Assembly: GCF_900155685.1 (NCBI RefSeq)
Contig: NZ_LT732548.1
Span: 2,050,301 to 2,114,300, forward strand
Direction: 5' to 3'
DNA from: Paenibacillus bouchesdurhonensis
Lineage (GTDB): Bacteria; Bacillota; Bacilli; Paenibacillales; Paenibacillaceae
DNA length: 64,000 nt
In this document: positions 1-9,397 of the stretch, one piece after another
Numbering within the stretch: the stretch's first letter is position 1
Layout of the letters: each line of letters begins with the position of its first letter
The notes under the pieces: model-generated
The model's database searches: none
What the model was told of the DNA's origin: nothing
What the model saw: only the letters and a program-made list of their open reading frames with translations
Program-made: the position numbers and the translations under genes

Positions 1-669
1 GTCATTAATCCCGACGTCATCGTGAACGAGTATGGTGCGGATACGCTGCGCGTATATGAAATGTTTATGGGTCCGCTCGAAGCAACCAAACCATGGAATA
101 CAAGCGGAGTAGAAGGCACGCATCGATTCTTGTCCCGCATTTGGCGCTTGTTCATCGCCGAGGACGGAAGCTTGAATGCCAAAATCAACGATGGCGCAGG
201 CTCGGATGAATTCAAACGCACCTGGCATAAGACGATCAAAAAAGTGACGGAAGATTTCGAGGCATTGCGCTTTAATACAGCGATCAGCCAGCTGATGATC
301 TTCGTGAATGATGCTTATAAAACCGATTGTTTACCGAAAGCGGCTGCAGCCAATTTCGTGCAGCTGCTGTCCCCGCTGGCGCCGCATTTAGCGGAAGAGC
401 TGTGGGAGCGTCTAGGTCATAACGAGAGCGTTACCTACGAGCCATGGCCAACTTATGACGAGGCTTGGATCGTTGAAGCTGAAGTGGAAATCGTCGTGCA
501 GGTGAACGGCAAAATTGTGGATCGAACCAAAGTTGCCAAGGATCTTGACCAGGCGGCGCTGCAGGAGCACAGCATGGCACTGCCAAATGTGCAGCAGGCG
601 ATCGAAGGCAAAACGGTTCGTAAAGTAATTGCCGTTCCAGGGAAACTCGTAAACATTGTCGTAGGTTAA
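1..669 (+). CDS. leuS: Leucyl-tRNA synthetase, C-terminal fragment (5' end lies outside the window)
   Basis: The ORF runs to the window edge with no start codon. The translation (…[33 protein letters not shown]…) matches the class I LeuS anticodon-binding/C-terminal region. Confidence 0.85.
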   Translation, partial: VINPDVIVNEYGADTLRVYEMFMGPLEATKPWNTSGVEGTHRFLSRIWRLFIAEDGSLNAKINDGAGSDEFKRTWHKTIKKVTEDFEALRFNTAISQLMIFVNDAYKTDCLPKAAAANFVQLLSPLAPHLAEELWERLGHNESVTYEPWPTYDEAWIVEAEVEIVVQVNGKIVDRTKVAKDLDQAALQEHSMALPNVQQAIEGKTVRKVIAVPGKLVNIVVG

Positions 670-677
670 ATTTTCGA

Positions 678-1544
678 TCAAAACTCGGTATTTTGCTCTG
701 TGGTGCCGGTTGCCTCAGGGGCGGCCGATTCGAACAGGACGGTCAGCCTCTCCAAGTCAGCCTCGTGCTTGCGCTGCGTAGCTTCGATTAGGCTTGGAAA
801 CACGCCCTGGAGCCGCTCTTCAAGAATAGCCAGCCCTTCGGCGGTCACTCCGCCGGGAACGGCTACTCGGCGCTGCAATTGTTCAGGAGTCAGGCCGCCC
901 TCCGTTAGGAGCCTGCCTGTACCAAGCAGCATTTCAGCGCTAAGAATTAGAGCCTCCGGCATGCTGATGCCGGTCATCTGTGCTGCTGCTCTGGCCCATT
1001 GCTGGACGATGAAGGAGATGAAGGCGGGTCCGCAGCTCGAAATGTCAGAGGCGATTCTCGTCTCTGACTCCTTCATTGGAATCGGTCTGCTGATCGAGGA
1101 CATGAGCTGTTCCAACAATAGCCGGTCTTCAGGCTGGACTCGCTCCCCATAAATGCAGAGCGAGGCTCCGCTATGTACGGTATGGGTAACGCTAGGAATG
1201 ATCTTGGCGATTTTGGATGGGACTTGATTTTCCAGCATTGAGATAAGCACAGGGCTTGTAATGGATATGACCAGTTGCGACTCAAGGAGTACGCTGCGAA
1301 TTTCCGCGATGACCTCCGGGAAGTGATGTGGCTTGACGCAAATAAATACGATATCGCTCCCTTGAGCAGCATCGGCATTGTTTGCTGAGACGTGAATGCC
1401 GGGATACCGCAATGCCAGCAGCTCGATTTTATCCTTGCTGCGGTTGCTCAGGTACAAGTTATGCGGATACAGTGCACCGGAACGCAGAAATGCTTCGATA
1501 AGCAGGCTTCCCATGGACCCCGTTCCGATGAATGCGACTTTCAT
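678..1544 (-). CDS. comER: ComER-like protein, a pyrroline-5-carboxylate reductase family NAD(P)-binding protein transcribed divergently from comEA
   Basis: The ATG at 1544 is preceded by the RBS AAAGGGGGAA. The N-terminal Rossmann motif MKVAFIGTGSMG is present. Position and orientation relative to comEA match B. subtilis comER. Confidence 0.7.
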   Translation of the reverse strand: MKVAFIGTGSMGSLLIEAFLRSGALYPHNLYLSNRSKDKIELLALRYPGIHVSANNADAAQGSDIVFICVKPHHFPEVIAEIRSVLLESQLVISITSPVLISMLENQVPSKIAKIIPSVTHTVHSGASLCIYGERVQPEDRLLLEQLMSSISRPIPMKESETRIASDISSCGPAFISFIVQQWARAAAQMTGISMPEALILSAEMLLGTGRLLTEGGLTPEQLQRRVAVPGGVTAEGLAILEERLQGVFPSLIEATQRKHEADLERLTVLFESAAPEATGTTEQNTEF

Positions 1545-1654
1545 CCTGATTCCCCCTTTCGTGCCTAAGCACAAAAATATTCGTCGTTTAAATATGTATG
1601 CATCTTGATTGGATCTTCATGACTTTTTGGACAGATTCTTTTGAGATTGGAGCG

Positions 1655-2263
1655 ATGGAATTGAAACGGGAATACGTGATGACTGCGGTCATCTCAGCTG
1701 TCATAGGGGCTGGATTGATGCTGCTGGCGGTCGGCGGAAGCCGTCCTGCCGGCATTGAGGGATGGATGCCGGTCAACCCCGGGGTCGCTGCCGCGCTTGG
1801 CGGCAATGGGATCACGGAAGCAGCTACTGCCGCTGCAATTGAACCGATTGCGGCGGAGTCGGCTGGCCTGAATGGCTCTGGCGCCGGTAATCGCCCGGCT
1901 CAGCTAGAGGCAGAATCTGCTGTCTCCAATGCCGGCGCCGAGGCAGGCACACGTGCTGGGGAAGACGAGGGGGATCAGGCTGATCCAGCCAAAGGTGCGT
2001 CAGCCGGAGCTGTGGGCGGAATGACAGATGCGATACCGTCACAGACATCCGCCGAGCCATCGGAGGAGGCTGGCCTAGTGAGTGTCAACACGGCGAACAG
2101 CATGCAGCTTCAAACCATTCCGGGCATCGGCGAGAGGAAGGCGCAGGCGATCATAGATTACCGGAATCAACACGGATCTTTTAATTCCTTGAGTGACTTG
2201 AAGAAGGTGAAGGGCATCGGGGATAAAGTGTTCCAGAAAATGAAGCCTTATATCAGACTATAA
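1655..2263 (+). CDS. comEA: Competence protein ComEA, a membrane-anchored DNA receptor with a C-terminal helix-hairpin-helix
   Basis: The internal ATG at 1655 follows a GGAG RBS. The protein has an N-terminal transmembrane helix (VMTAVISAVIGAGLMLLAV) and a C-terminal HhH (IPGIGERKAQAIIDYR…LKKVKGIG). Confidence 0.8.
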   Translation: MELKREYVMTAVISAVIGAGLMLLAVGGSRPAGIEGWMPVNPGVAAALGGNGITEAATAAAIEPIAAESAGLNGSGAGNRPAQLEAESAVSNAGAEAGTRAGEDEGDQADPAKGASAGAVGGMTDAIPSQTSAEPSEEAGLVSVNTANSMQLQTIPGIGERKAQAIIDYRNQHGSFNSLSDLKKVKGIGDKVFQKMKPYIRL

Positions 2264-2277
2264 GAGGAGAACTAAGG

Positions 2278-2796
2278 ATGAGTCCAGATACACGCAAAGA
2301 TTGGGATACGTATTTCATGGATATCGCCTACATGGTATCCACGAGATCACGTTGTAACCGGCGGCATGTGGGGGCTGTGCTTGTACAAGGGAAGAAGCTG
2401 CTCGGAACGGCATATAATGGCGCCCCGTCGGGAGTGCCTGACTGTTCGGAAGCAGGCTGCATGATCGCTGAGGAGTATGAAGTAGCGACAGTGGACGGTC
2501 AGGAAACAATGGTCAAAAAACAGCGCTGCGTACGAACCATTCATGCGGAGCAAAATCTACTGCTGTTTACCGACCGGATCGACCGGGAGGGCTCCAGTGT
2601 CTATGTGACCGATCAGCCATGCTGGACGTGCGCCAACATGCTGGCGAATAGCGGAATTACCGAAATCATTTACCACCGTCCTTATCCAAAGGATGCAGGC
2701 AAAGTTTTAGAGATGATGGGCCAGAAGGGAATTAGTTTCCGGCGCTTGGAATCATATCAGCCTCCGAAGGAAACGGATGGCCGGGTTGAAGATTAG
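2278..2796 (+). CDS. comEB: dCMP deaminase ComEB (cytidine/deoxycytidylate deaminase zinc-binding family)
   Basis: The zinc-binding motifs HAEQN and PCWTCANML are present. The RBS is AAGAGGAG. It sits between comEA and comEC. Confidence 0.85.
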   Translation: MSPDTRKDWDTYFMDIAYMVSTRSRCNRRHVGAVLVQGKKLLGTAYNGAPSGVPDCSEAGCMIAEEYEVATVDGQETMVKKQRCVRTIHAEQNLLLFTDRIDREGSSVYVTDQPCWTCANMLANSGITEIIYHRPYPKDAGKVLEMMGQKGISFRRLESYQPPKETDGRVED

Positions 2797-2814
2797 AGCA
2801 AATAGATGAAGGAA

Positions 2815-2852
2815 GAACCTCGTCTGCTGCGGCAGATGGGGTTCTTTTTTTG
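2815..2852 (+). terminator. Stem-loop followed by a T-run between comEB and comEC, possibly an intrinsic terminator or attenuator
   Basis: The hairpin is gaacc-tcgtctgc…gcagatg-ggttc, followed by ttttttt. Confidence 0.45.
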
Positions 2853-2906
2853 TTGTCCAGTACAAGGAGGCATTTAGGGTGTTGACGTTTCTGAAAGGAG
2901 CTGCGT

Positions 2907-5564
2907 ATGCGACATAGGCCATTAGTTGCTGCGGTTTGCTGCTGGATTGTCGGCAGCGGGCTGTCATATTTGTACGATGGCTCAGCTTTCTGGCTGAGCT
3001 GGATCGGGATATCCATGTTCGTTCCCTTGCTGGGGGTGATTTGCCGATGCCCATGGAGGAAGCTGCTCATTTTTTGGTTGATGTTCTCTCTCGGAGCCGT
3101 GTACTGGTCATATCATGATGGAAGGAATGAGAGCGTGCTCTCCGGCTTGATTGTAGGGGGGAGCTCTAGCTCATCGATGAGCTTCACCTCCGGGCAAACG
3201 CAGGTTCATGCCAAGGGCGTGCTATGGTCCGCCGTGGAGGTTGATGGTGACCGTGCGGATTTTACGATCCGCTTAAGCTCCGCCGCATTTCCGGCTCCGG
3301 AATCCAGCGTCCATGCCTCCGCTCCATATGAGACAGATGAGAATCATTCTGAAATGGTTCATGGAGAGAAATTAATGGTTCAGGTACGACTGGCTTCACT
3401 GGAGGAAATTGAAGTAGCGAAGAAGTGGCAGCGGGGACAGCAGGTGGAACTGGCCGGCAGCTTGGAAAGGCCAAATGTCGCCCGAAATTTTGGCGGATTT
3501 GATTACCGGCGCTATTTGCGAAGTCAACGCATCCATTGGATTTTGAAGGTACCGGGCACGTCATCCGTTCAGGTCGAGGATGACAGAAAAATTAGCCCGG
3601 CAGTGTTGATCGGAAAAGTCGATGCTGCCCGAATGCTGCTGGGAAATCGTATTGAGCACATGTTTCCAGGCTGGCAAGCGGGATATATGAAAGGCTTGTT
3701 GATCGGTTTTGTGAGTGAGCTGGAGCCGGATAAATACATGCAGTTCTCTCAGCTCGGGATGACGCATATTTTGGCCATTTCCGGCAGTCATGTTGCAATT
3801 AACGTAAGTTTAATTTTTGGATTGCTGCGCTTATGCCGAGTAAGTCGGGAAAACTCGTATCGCATCATATTCAGCTTCATTCCTGTTTATGTGCTCATTA
3901 CGGGATTTTCACCTTCTGTTATTCGCTCAGGATTAATGACGATGATCGGCATATATTTAATGCGCCGGGGTCTGTTGAAGGACGGTTTAAACGTCCTGTC
4001 GGCGGCCGCTTTATTGATGCTGTTATGGGAGCCATATTTTATGCTTAATGTCAGCTTCCAGCTTTCTTTTATCGTGACGGCGGGCTTGATTCTGTTTGTT
4101 CCTTTGCTGATGCCGTATCTAAAGTGGCTGCCTGCCAAATTGGGCGGTGCCGTTGCGATTACCGTCGCTGCTCAAATCGTTTCTTTTCCACTTACGATCT
4201 ATTATTTCAATCAATTCTCACTGTTATCTTTAGCCGCCAATATGCTGCTCGTTCCCCTCATCGGGATGATTGCATTGCCCGGCGGTACGGCGGCGCTCCT
4301 GCTAAGCGCACTTTGGCTTCCCCTCGGCGAGTGGCTGGCCTATCCTGTGAGGATTTTAAATACAGCTACTTTCATTGTGACAGAATGGTTGAATGCCCGC
4401 AGCGGATTTATGACTTATTGGAAATCTCCCTCGTTACTGTGGATTGCTGTATTTTATGCTGCTTTTTATTTGCTATTATACTGGAGACATCGCGACCGGA
4501 TCGTGCGGGAGGCGGATCTGGCGGAAAACGATGATACACAGCCGCTCGGGCCATTGACGCAGAGCAGAGGGCCGAAGGACAGTTGCCGCAGGCAGTGGCG
4601 GAGATCTGTCAATATCCGCCCTCAACCTCGACAGCTTATACAGACAGCGCTTGCCGGCCTGCTGCTTGTCCAATTATATATAGGATATCAGCCTTTAAAT
4701 ACGAAGGGCAGGGGACATGTGCAGTTTATTGATGTTGGGCAAGGAGATTGTGCTCTTATCACTACTCCTAATGGAAGGAACCTGCTTATCGATGGGGGAG
4801 GCACTGTATCGTTTCGTAAACCGGAGGAGGCATGGCGGAATCGGCGCGAGCCCTTCGAGGTAGGAGCGAAGACAGTTGTCCCTTTATTAAAAAAGCGCGG
4901 AATCAACCGCTTGGATGCGGTCATTCTTACACATACCGATCAGGATCATGCCGGGGGACTGCAAGCGGTACTGGAGCAGTTTCCCGTAGATGCGCTGCTC
5001 ATCAATGGAACGCTAAGTGATTCGGCAACGATCAAGAAGCTGATGTCTACGGCGCTTCATAAGCAAATTCCGATTTATGCGGCCAAGCAAGGGATGAGTT
5101 TGAAGGTAGATGCATCGACTAGGATACAAGTGCTATCGCCTGAAGCGGATGTTACCAGAAATGAGGGTATCCCTTATAGCAAAGAGCAGAACCATGAATC
5201 CATCGTATTTGCTTTACAAATGGCAGGAGCGGCGTTTTTATTTACCGGAGACATGGATGAAGCTGCCGAGCATCGTATATTGGAGGGGCTTAATCGCGAG
5301 TTCCAGCCTAAGATCGATGTCATGAAAATTGCCCATCACGGCAGTAAAACCTCGACCTCTCCGGAATGGCTGGAATATTGGCAGCCAGCTGCTGCCGTTA
5401 TTTCAGCTGGAGCCTCCAACAGTTACGGCCATCCTCATCCAATCGTAGTAGAAAGGCTGAACTCCTTGACCAGTCCGATCTATCGAACGGATCAACAAGG
5501 GGAGGTGCAAATGGAAGTTAATAACGGCCGCATTCGCGTTCGTACCAAGCTGCCTTCCTCGTGA
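2907..5564 (+). CDS. comEC: DNA internalisation competence protein ComEC/Rec2 with a C-terminal metallo-beta-lactamase domain
   Basis: The 885-aa protein is polytopic. The C-terminal MBL motifs are HTDQDHAGG and HHGSKTS. The RBS is AAGGAG. Confidence 0.9.
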   Translation: MRHRPLVAAVCCWIVGSGLSYLYDGSAFWLSWIGISMFVPLLGVICRCPWRKLLIFWLMFSLGAVYWSYHDGRNESVLSGLIVGGSSSSSMSFTSGQTQVHAKGVLWSAVEVDGDRADFTIRLSSAAFPAPESSVHASAPYETDENHSEMVHGEKLMVQVRLASLEEIEVAKKWQRGQQVELAGSLERPNVARNFGGFDYRRYLRSQRIHWILKVPGTSSVQVEDDRKISPAVLIGKVDAARMLLGNRIEHMFPGWQAGYMKGLLIGFVSELEPDKYMQFSQLGMTHILAISGSHVAINVSLIFGLLRLCRVSRENSYRIIFSFIPVYVLITGFSPSVIRSGLMTMIGIYLMRRGLLKDGLNVLSAAALLMLLWEPYFMLNVSFQLSFIVTAGLILFVPLLMPYLKWLPAKLGGAVAITVAAQIVSFPLTIYYFNQFSLLSLAANMLLVPLIGMIALPGGTAALLLSALWLPLGEWLAYPVRILNTATFIVTEWLNARSGFMTYWKSPSLLWIAVFYAAFYLLLYWRHRDRIVREADLAENDDTQPLGPLTQSRGPKDSCRRQWRRSVNIRPQPRQLIQTALAGLLLVQLYIGYQPLNTKGRGHVQFIDVGQGDCALITTPNGRNLLIDGGGTVSFRKPEEAWRNRREPFEVGAKTVVPLLKKRGINRLDAVILTHTDQDHAGGLQAVLEQFPVDALLINGTLSDSATIKKLMSTALHKQIPIYAAKQGMSLKVDASTRIQVLSPEADVTRNEGIPYSKEQNHESIVFALQMAGAAFLFTGDMDEAAEHRILEGLNREFQPKIDVMKIAHHGSKTSTSPEWLEYWQPAAAVISAGASNSYGHPHPIVVERLNSLTSPIYRTDQQGEVQMEVNNGRIRVRTKLPSS

Positions 5565-5668
5565 TGACGGGCTTCGTTTTTTCTGGTATTCTTAGGTGAG
5601 ATTCCGGCCTTTATATGAGAATGTAAAAACTTATTACTAGAAACTTCTAAAAATAATAGTAACAACAT

Positions 5669-5697
5669 TGCAACATATCGCCAATCGATATCGTCTG
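5669..5697 (+). promoter_or_regulatory. ECF-type promoter candidate (TGCAAC-N16-TCGTC) upstream of the ECF sigma gene
   Basis: An AAC-containing -35 and a CGTC -10 at 16-nt spacing match the ECF sigma promoter architecture. It lies ~30 nt upstream of the sigma gene start. Confidence 0.4.
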
Positions 5698-5724
5698 TAA
5701 GGTTGCAAGGAAGGGGGAGCCTTT

Positions 5725-6273
5725 GTGGTGGAGCAGGAACTCATCAGAGCCGCTCAAACGGGCGATCGCGACGCTCTAATCACCCTATTGCGAGAAATAG
5801 AACATCAGGTATACCGTACGGCCTATTATATTTTGAATAATGAGCAGGATGCGCATGATGCAGCCCAGGAAGCACTGATCCGCATTTATACAAAGATTGA
5901 AACTTATGAGGAGAAGGCACAATTTAAGACCTGGGTGCAGCGGATTGTGACGAATATTTGCATCGACAAATTCCGTAGAAAAAAACCGACAGTATCGATC
6001 GAGGAGCACGAGATTGTGTTCGAAGGCAAGGATAATGTCGAGCGCGAAGTCATGTCAGGATATATTGCGGAGGATATCCGTGAAGCGATAGATCAGCTTC
6101 CGGAGCATCATCGCTCCGTCGTAGTTTTGAGATATTTACAGGAATTTTCGTATAACGAAATAGCTGAAAGCTTGAATTTGCCGCTGAATACGGTGAAATC
6201 CTATTTGTTCAGGGCAAGGCAGCAGCTTCAGCACTTACTCCAAGATTATCAGAAAGGTGGTGTGTCAGGATGA
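5725..6273 (+). CDS. RNA polymerase sigma-70 family ECF sigma factor
   Basis: The 182-aa protein has sigma region 2 (…DAAQEALIRIYTKIETY…FKTWVQRIVTNICIDKFRR) and region 4 (LRYLQEFSYNEIAESLNLPLNTVKSYLFRARQQL). It has a GTG start with RBS AAGGGGGAG. It overlaps the downstream gene by 4 nt. Confidence 0.85.
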   Translation: MVEQELIRAAQTGDRDALITLLREIEHQVYRTAYYILNNEQDAHDAAQEALIRIYTKIETYEEKAQFKTWVQRIVTNICIDKFRRKKPTVSIEEHEIVFEGKDNVEREVMSGYIAEDIREAIDQLPEHHRSVVVLRYLQEFSYNEIAESLNLPLNTVKSYLFRARQQLQHLLQDYQKGGVSG

Positions 6274-7514
6274 AATGCGCGGAGGCGGTGGAATGGATGC
6301 ATCGGTATGTAGACCATGATTTGAATGACGAAGAGACCTCTCTCTTGTTTGATCATATCCGGGATTGCAGCGATTGTGCATATGAATTTGAACTTCTGAA
6401 CGAGCTTTCTGCCAAGCTAAGTGAGCTTCCGGATGTCACCCCGCGCTTTAGCCTCGTTGATCGGATCATGCCGCAGTTGGATGAAATTGATCGGGCCCAT
6501 CAGGAAGAGGGGAGTACATTAGAGGATGAGCATATTATCGGATCGGTAGCGGCATCCGCGGCAGCTAGCCCGCGAAGCGCACGGAGCCGACGTGATAAGC
6601 AAGCCTCGCAGCGCAGCCAAAACCGTAAAATTCGGACGGGTATTTTCGGAACGGTAGCTGCAGCGGTCATTTTGGGAATTTTCATTACGCAATATGAGCC
6701 GCGAACGATTCCTAATGCGGAGCTGTCGAAGGCTGACCAAAGCACAGAAATGAAAAGCTCATCCTCTGCCAACGAATTTCTGACGCGAAGCATGGATGAT
6801 GCAACCGATAATGCATCTGGAATAAGAGATGGAGATGGATCGACCGGAAACTCAGGCGGGAATCCTGGAAGTGAGGCGGATATGAACGCCTTCACTCCGA
6901 ATGAGGAACCGTCTTCTAAGCCATCTTCTGCGGGAGATGCTGATCCGGGAAAGAAGGCGTCTGAGGATAATAGCGTGACGAAGGGGGAAGGATCATCCCC
7001 GGCACCGGCGAATACGCCTGCCGAAGCTAGCGAAGGCGCAGTGGGCAGCCCGACAGGGGATGTTTCGCGCAGTACGGGAAACCATTCTACGCCGAAGGAG
7101 GGAACCCTCGAGGGGAGTCCAGACCAAGGAGAGCCTGCCCAGGACAATCCGCAGAGCGGCAGCGAACTGGGAGACCATCGAATGGACATGGCTCCGCTTG
7201 CTCCAGAAGCATCCGTATTTTCGCCAGATCCGAGGGAAGGTTATGGAATTGCGAGTATGCCGGAGGAATGGGACTCTCCAGATGGAATGCACCGCGCTGT
7301 TTTGCTGGGAAATCATCTGTACATTTACAAGGCGGACAATGAGGATGCGGAGCTTGTTGCAGATGAACCGGTGTCTGGCACATGGATTAAAGGGGAATGG
7401 TCCGGCGATGGCACGAAATTTAACTATGAGGCGGATGTGGACGGCAGTGTGACTAAGCATAGCCTAGAGGTCAAACCTTCAGCGAATGCGGAAAATTCTT
7501 CACAAAATCGATAA
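6270..7514 (+). CDS. Anti-sigma factor with an N-terminal zf-HC2 domain, one transmembrane helix, a long low-complexity extracytoplasmic region and a small C-terminal domain
   Basis: The HIRDCSDCAYEF motif has H-x3-C-x2-C spacing. The transmembrane helix is IFGTVAAAVILGIFIT. The extracytoplasmic stretch is ~200 aa and rich in S/G/E/P/D. The gene is translationally coupled to the sigma gene by an ATGA overlap. Confidence 0.75.
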   Translation: MKCAEAVEWMHRYVDHDLNDEETSLLFDHIRDCSDCAYEFELLNELSAKLSELPDVTPRFSLVDRIMPQLDEIDRAHQEEGSTLEDEHIIGSVAASAAASPRSARSRRDKQASQRSQNRKIRTGIFGTVAAAVILGIFITQYEPRTIPNAELSKADQSTEMKSSSSANEFLTRSMDDATDNASGIRDGDGSTGNSGGNPGSEADMNAFTPNEEPSSKPSSAGDADPGKKASEDNSVTKGEGSSPAPANTPAEASEGAVGSPTGDVSRSTGNHSTPKEGTLEGSPDQGEPAQDNPQSGSELGDHRMDMAPLAPEASVFSPDPREGYGIASMPEEWDSPDGMHRAVLLGNHLYIYKADNEDAELVADEPVSGTWIKGEWSGDGTKFNYEADVDGSVTKHSLEVKPSANAENSSQNR

Positions 7515-7660
7515 GAGAAGCACGATTTCAAGAGATATGGAATAGGTTAAGTATATAAGAGAGAATCAAAGAGAATTTGAAAGACCCTGATCGTCGTATG
7601 ACCGCCGGCGGAAAAGTTTCTAGAGCTTTTCAGCCCGCGTTTATATAGATGCTCCGGGAC

Positions 7661-7706
7661 AAAGGAACCTGCTGGCCCTGCGGCCAAAGGTTCCTTTGTT
7701 TGTTTG
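7661..7706 (+). terminator. Rho-independent terminator after the anti-sigma gene
   Basis: The stem is aaaggaacc…ggttccttt with a GC-rich inner stem, followed by gtttgtttg. Confidence 0.6.
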
Positions 7707-7841
7707 CCCGCAAATCAAGGCGGGCCGTTAATTGCATTTGGACTAAACCGGTAATTCACAGTATCATAGTAATATGATTGTTAATGGCGAACCAAAAAGG
7801 GGAATGCCAAGTAATTTGCGTGGGATGAGAGGGGAAGCCGA

Positions 7842-8861
7842 GTGGATACCAAGACGGCGATGAAAGAAATAAGACAGGGGCGCATATCCCCTTTATACCT
7901 ATGTTATGGCACGGAAAAGTACCAAATCAATGAATTTATCGCTTTGCTGGAGAAGCAGGTCATTGACGAGGAACAGCGTGATTTTGCCATGGCAGCCTTT
8001 GACTTGGCGGAAACACCGATCGAGGCGGTTATCGAGGAAGCGGAGACATTGCCGTTTCTCGTACCTCGCAAGCTGATCGTCGTAAGGGATGCTTCTTTGT
8101 TTACGGCGGGAAAAGATAGTGGAAAAGTCGAGCATAAGCTGGAGTCCTTGACCGCTTATATGACGAATCCGGCGGAGCATAGCGTCATTGTGTTTGTCGT
8201 TCACGGGGAAAAGCTTGACGAGCGAAAGAAGATTGTGAAGGCGATCAAGGCGTCGGGAACCGTGCTTTCTTTTATGCCGCTTGGCGGTGGAGAGCTCGTG
8301 CAATGGGCCGTCAAGCAGGCGGAGAAACGGGGTTGCCGCCTGAGTCGTGAGGTTGCTGAGGCTTTAATCGCTGCCAGCGGCGTTCAAATGGCTGCCCTTG
8401 CCGTTGAATTGGATAAGTTATGTCTTTATGCCGGAAATGGGGGCGTTATCGACGAAGGGGCCATCAACCAGCTGGTGGCGCGAAGTACCGAGCAAAATGT
8501 ATTCGCTATGGTGGAGTGCATTGCGAATCTTAAACTGGAGCAAGCGCTGGACATATTTTATGAACTGCTAAAACAACGCGAGGAACCGATTAAAATTGCG
8601 GCGTTGATCGCGCGTCAATTTCGGATTATGCTGCAGGTGAAGGAACTCGGGCGGCAAAGCTACTCGCAGCAGCAAATGGCCTCCCAGCTTGGACTGCATC
8701 CTTATGCGGTGAAAATTGCGGGTGAGCAGGCGCGGAGATTTGAGACGGCCAAGCTGCGCCAAGTACTGTCGGAGCTTGCGCAGCTGGACTACCGGATGAA
8801 GAGCGGCGGGATTGATAAGGTGCTGGGAATTGAACTGTTCCTCCTGAAGCTGGGAGCATAG
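7842..8861 (+). CDS. holA: DNA polymerase III delta subunit
   Basis: The N-terminal region reads …PLYLCYGTEKYQINEF…, matching the delta clamp-loader subunit. The position before rpsT matches the B. subtilis yqeN/holA. The start codon is ambiguous: a GTG at 7842 or the ATG at 7860. Confidence 0.8.
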   Translation: MDTKTAMKEIRQGRISPLYLCYGTEKYQINEFIALLEKQVIDEEQRDFAMAAFDLAETPIEAVIEEAETLPFLVPRKLIVVRDASLFTAGKDSGKVEHKLESLTAYMTNPAEHSVIVFVVHGEKLDERKKIVKAIKASGTVLSFMPLGGGELVQWAVKQAEKRGCRLSREVAEALIAASGVQMAALAVELDKLCLYAGNGGVIDEGAINQLVARSTEQNVFAMVECIANLKLEQALDIFYELLKQREEPIKIAALIARQFRIMLQVKELGRQSYSQQQMASQLGLHPYAVKIAGEQARRFETAKLRQVLSELAQLDYRMKSGGIDKVLGIELFLLKLGA

Positions 8862-8891
8862 TAGCTTGGGGTCATAATTTAAAACTGCACC

Positions 8892-8925
8892 AAAAAGACC
8901 TGAACAGAAATGTTCAGGTCTCTTT
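8892..8925. terminator. Bidirectional intrinsic terminator between convergent holA and rpsT
   Basis: The hairpin is a perfect gacctgaaca-gaaa-tgttcaggtc, with T-runs on both strands. Confidence 0.7.
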
Positions 8926-8951
8926 GAGCTTAAGTTTATAAATAACGACAC

Positions 8952-9224
8952 TTACGCTTGGGACGTAAGGGCGTTCAATTTTTTAGCCAAGCGGGATTTC
9001 TTACGGGCAGCAGCATTTTTGTGGATCAAACCTTTAGTAACGGCTTTGTCCAATTTCTTAGCAGCTGCAGCAAAAGCTGTTTTAGCTGTTTCTACCTCAT
9101 TGTTGCTCAGCGCAGTGTCGGCAGCTTTAACAACAGTACGCAAAGCGGACTTTTGCGAAGCGTTCAGAGCACGGCGTTTGTCGTTGGTTTTCACACGTTT
9201 AATAGCAGATTTAATGTTTGGCAT
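8952..9224 (-). CDS. rpsT: 30S ribosomal protein S20
   Basis: The protein reads [19 protein letters not shown]…. It is basic and ~89 aa. The RBS is AGGAGGTG. Confidence 0.9.
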   Translation of the reverse strand: MPNIKSAIKRVKTNDKRRALNASQKSALRTVVKAADTALSNNEVETAKTAFAAAAKKLDKAVTKGLIHKNAAARKKSRLAKKLNALTSQA

Positions 9225-9334
9225 TGCATTCACCTCCTGTAAAGCAAATATCATCCCAGATGATTCACAACTTAAAATATTTTATCACGCAGTTAGGTAA
9301 AATGCAATAAATTCATAGCAAAGAAAAGACGCCT

Positions 9335-9364
9335 GCATAATGTCTATCATCCTCCCGCACAATA
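9335..9364 (+). promoter_or_regulatory. Forespore sigma G/F-type promoter candidate (GCATA-N18-CACAATA) upstream of gpr
   Basis: The elements match the sigma G/F consensus GCATR-N17-18-CAnnnTA. gpr is a known forespore gene. Confidence 0.35.
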
Positions 9365-9397
9365 TATGATGATAACGGAAAGGGAGGTTTTCCTCAT

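Noticed and set aside
1545-1654. ComK-box-like A/T tracts upstream of comEA
   Set aside because: The AAAA-N5-TTTT pairs are imperfect and the spacing does not match the ComK dimer-of-dimers geometry. Paenibacilli often lack ComK-dependent competence. Not supported.
6500-7460. Long minus-strand ORFs (229 aa and 155 aa) inside the anti-sigma gene
   Set aside because: They lie antisense to a well-supported, translationally coupled anti-sigma CDS. They arise from a GC-rich low-complexity Ser/Gly/Pro/Glu stretch, have no RBS, and their amino-acid composition is repetitive.
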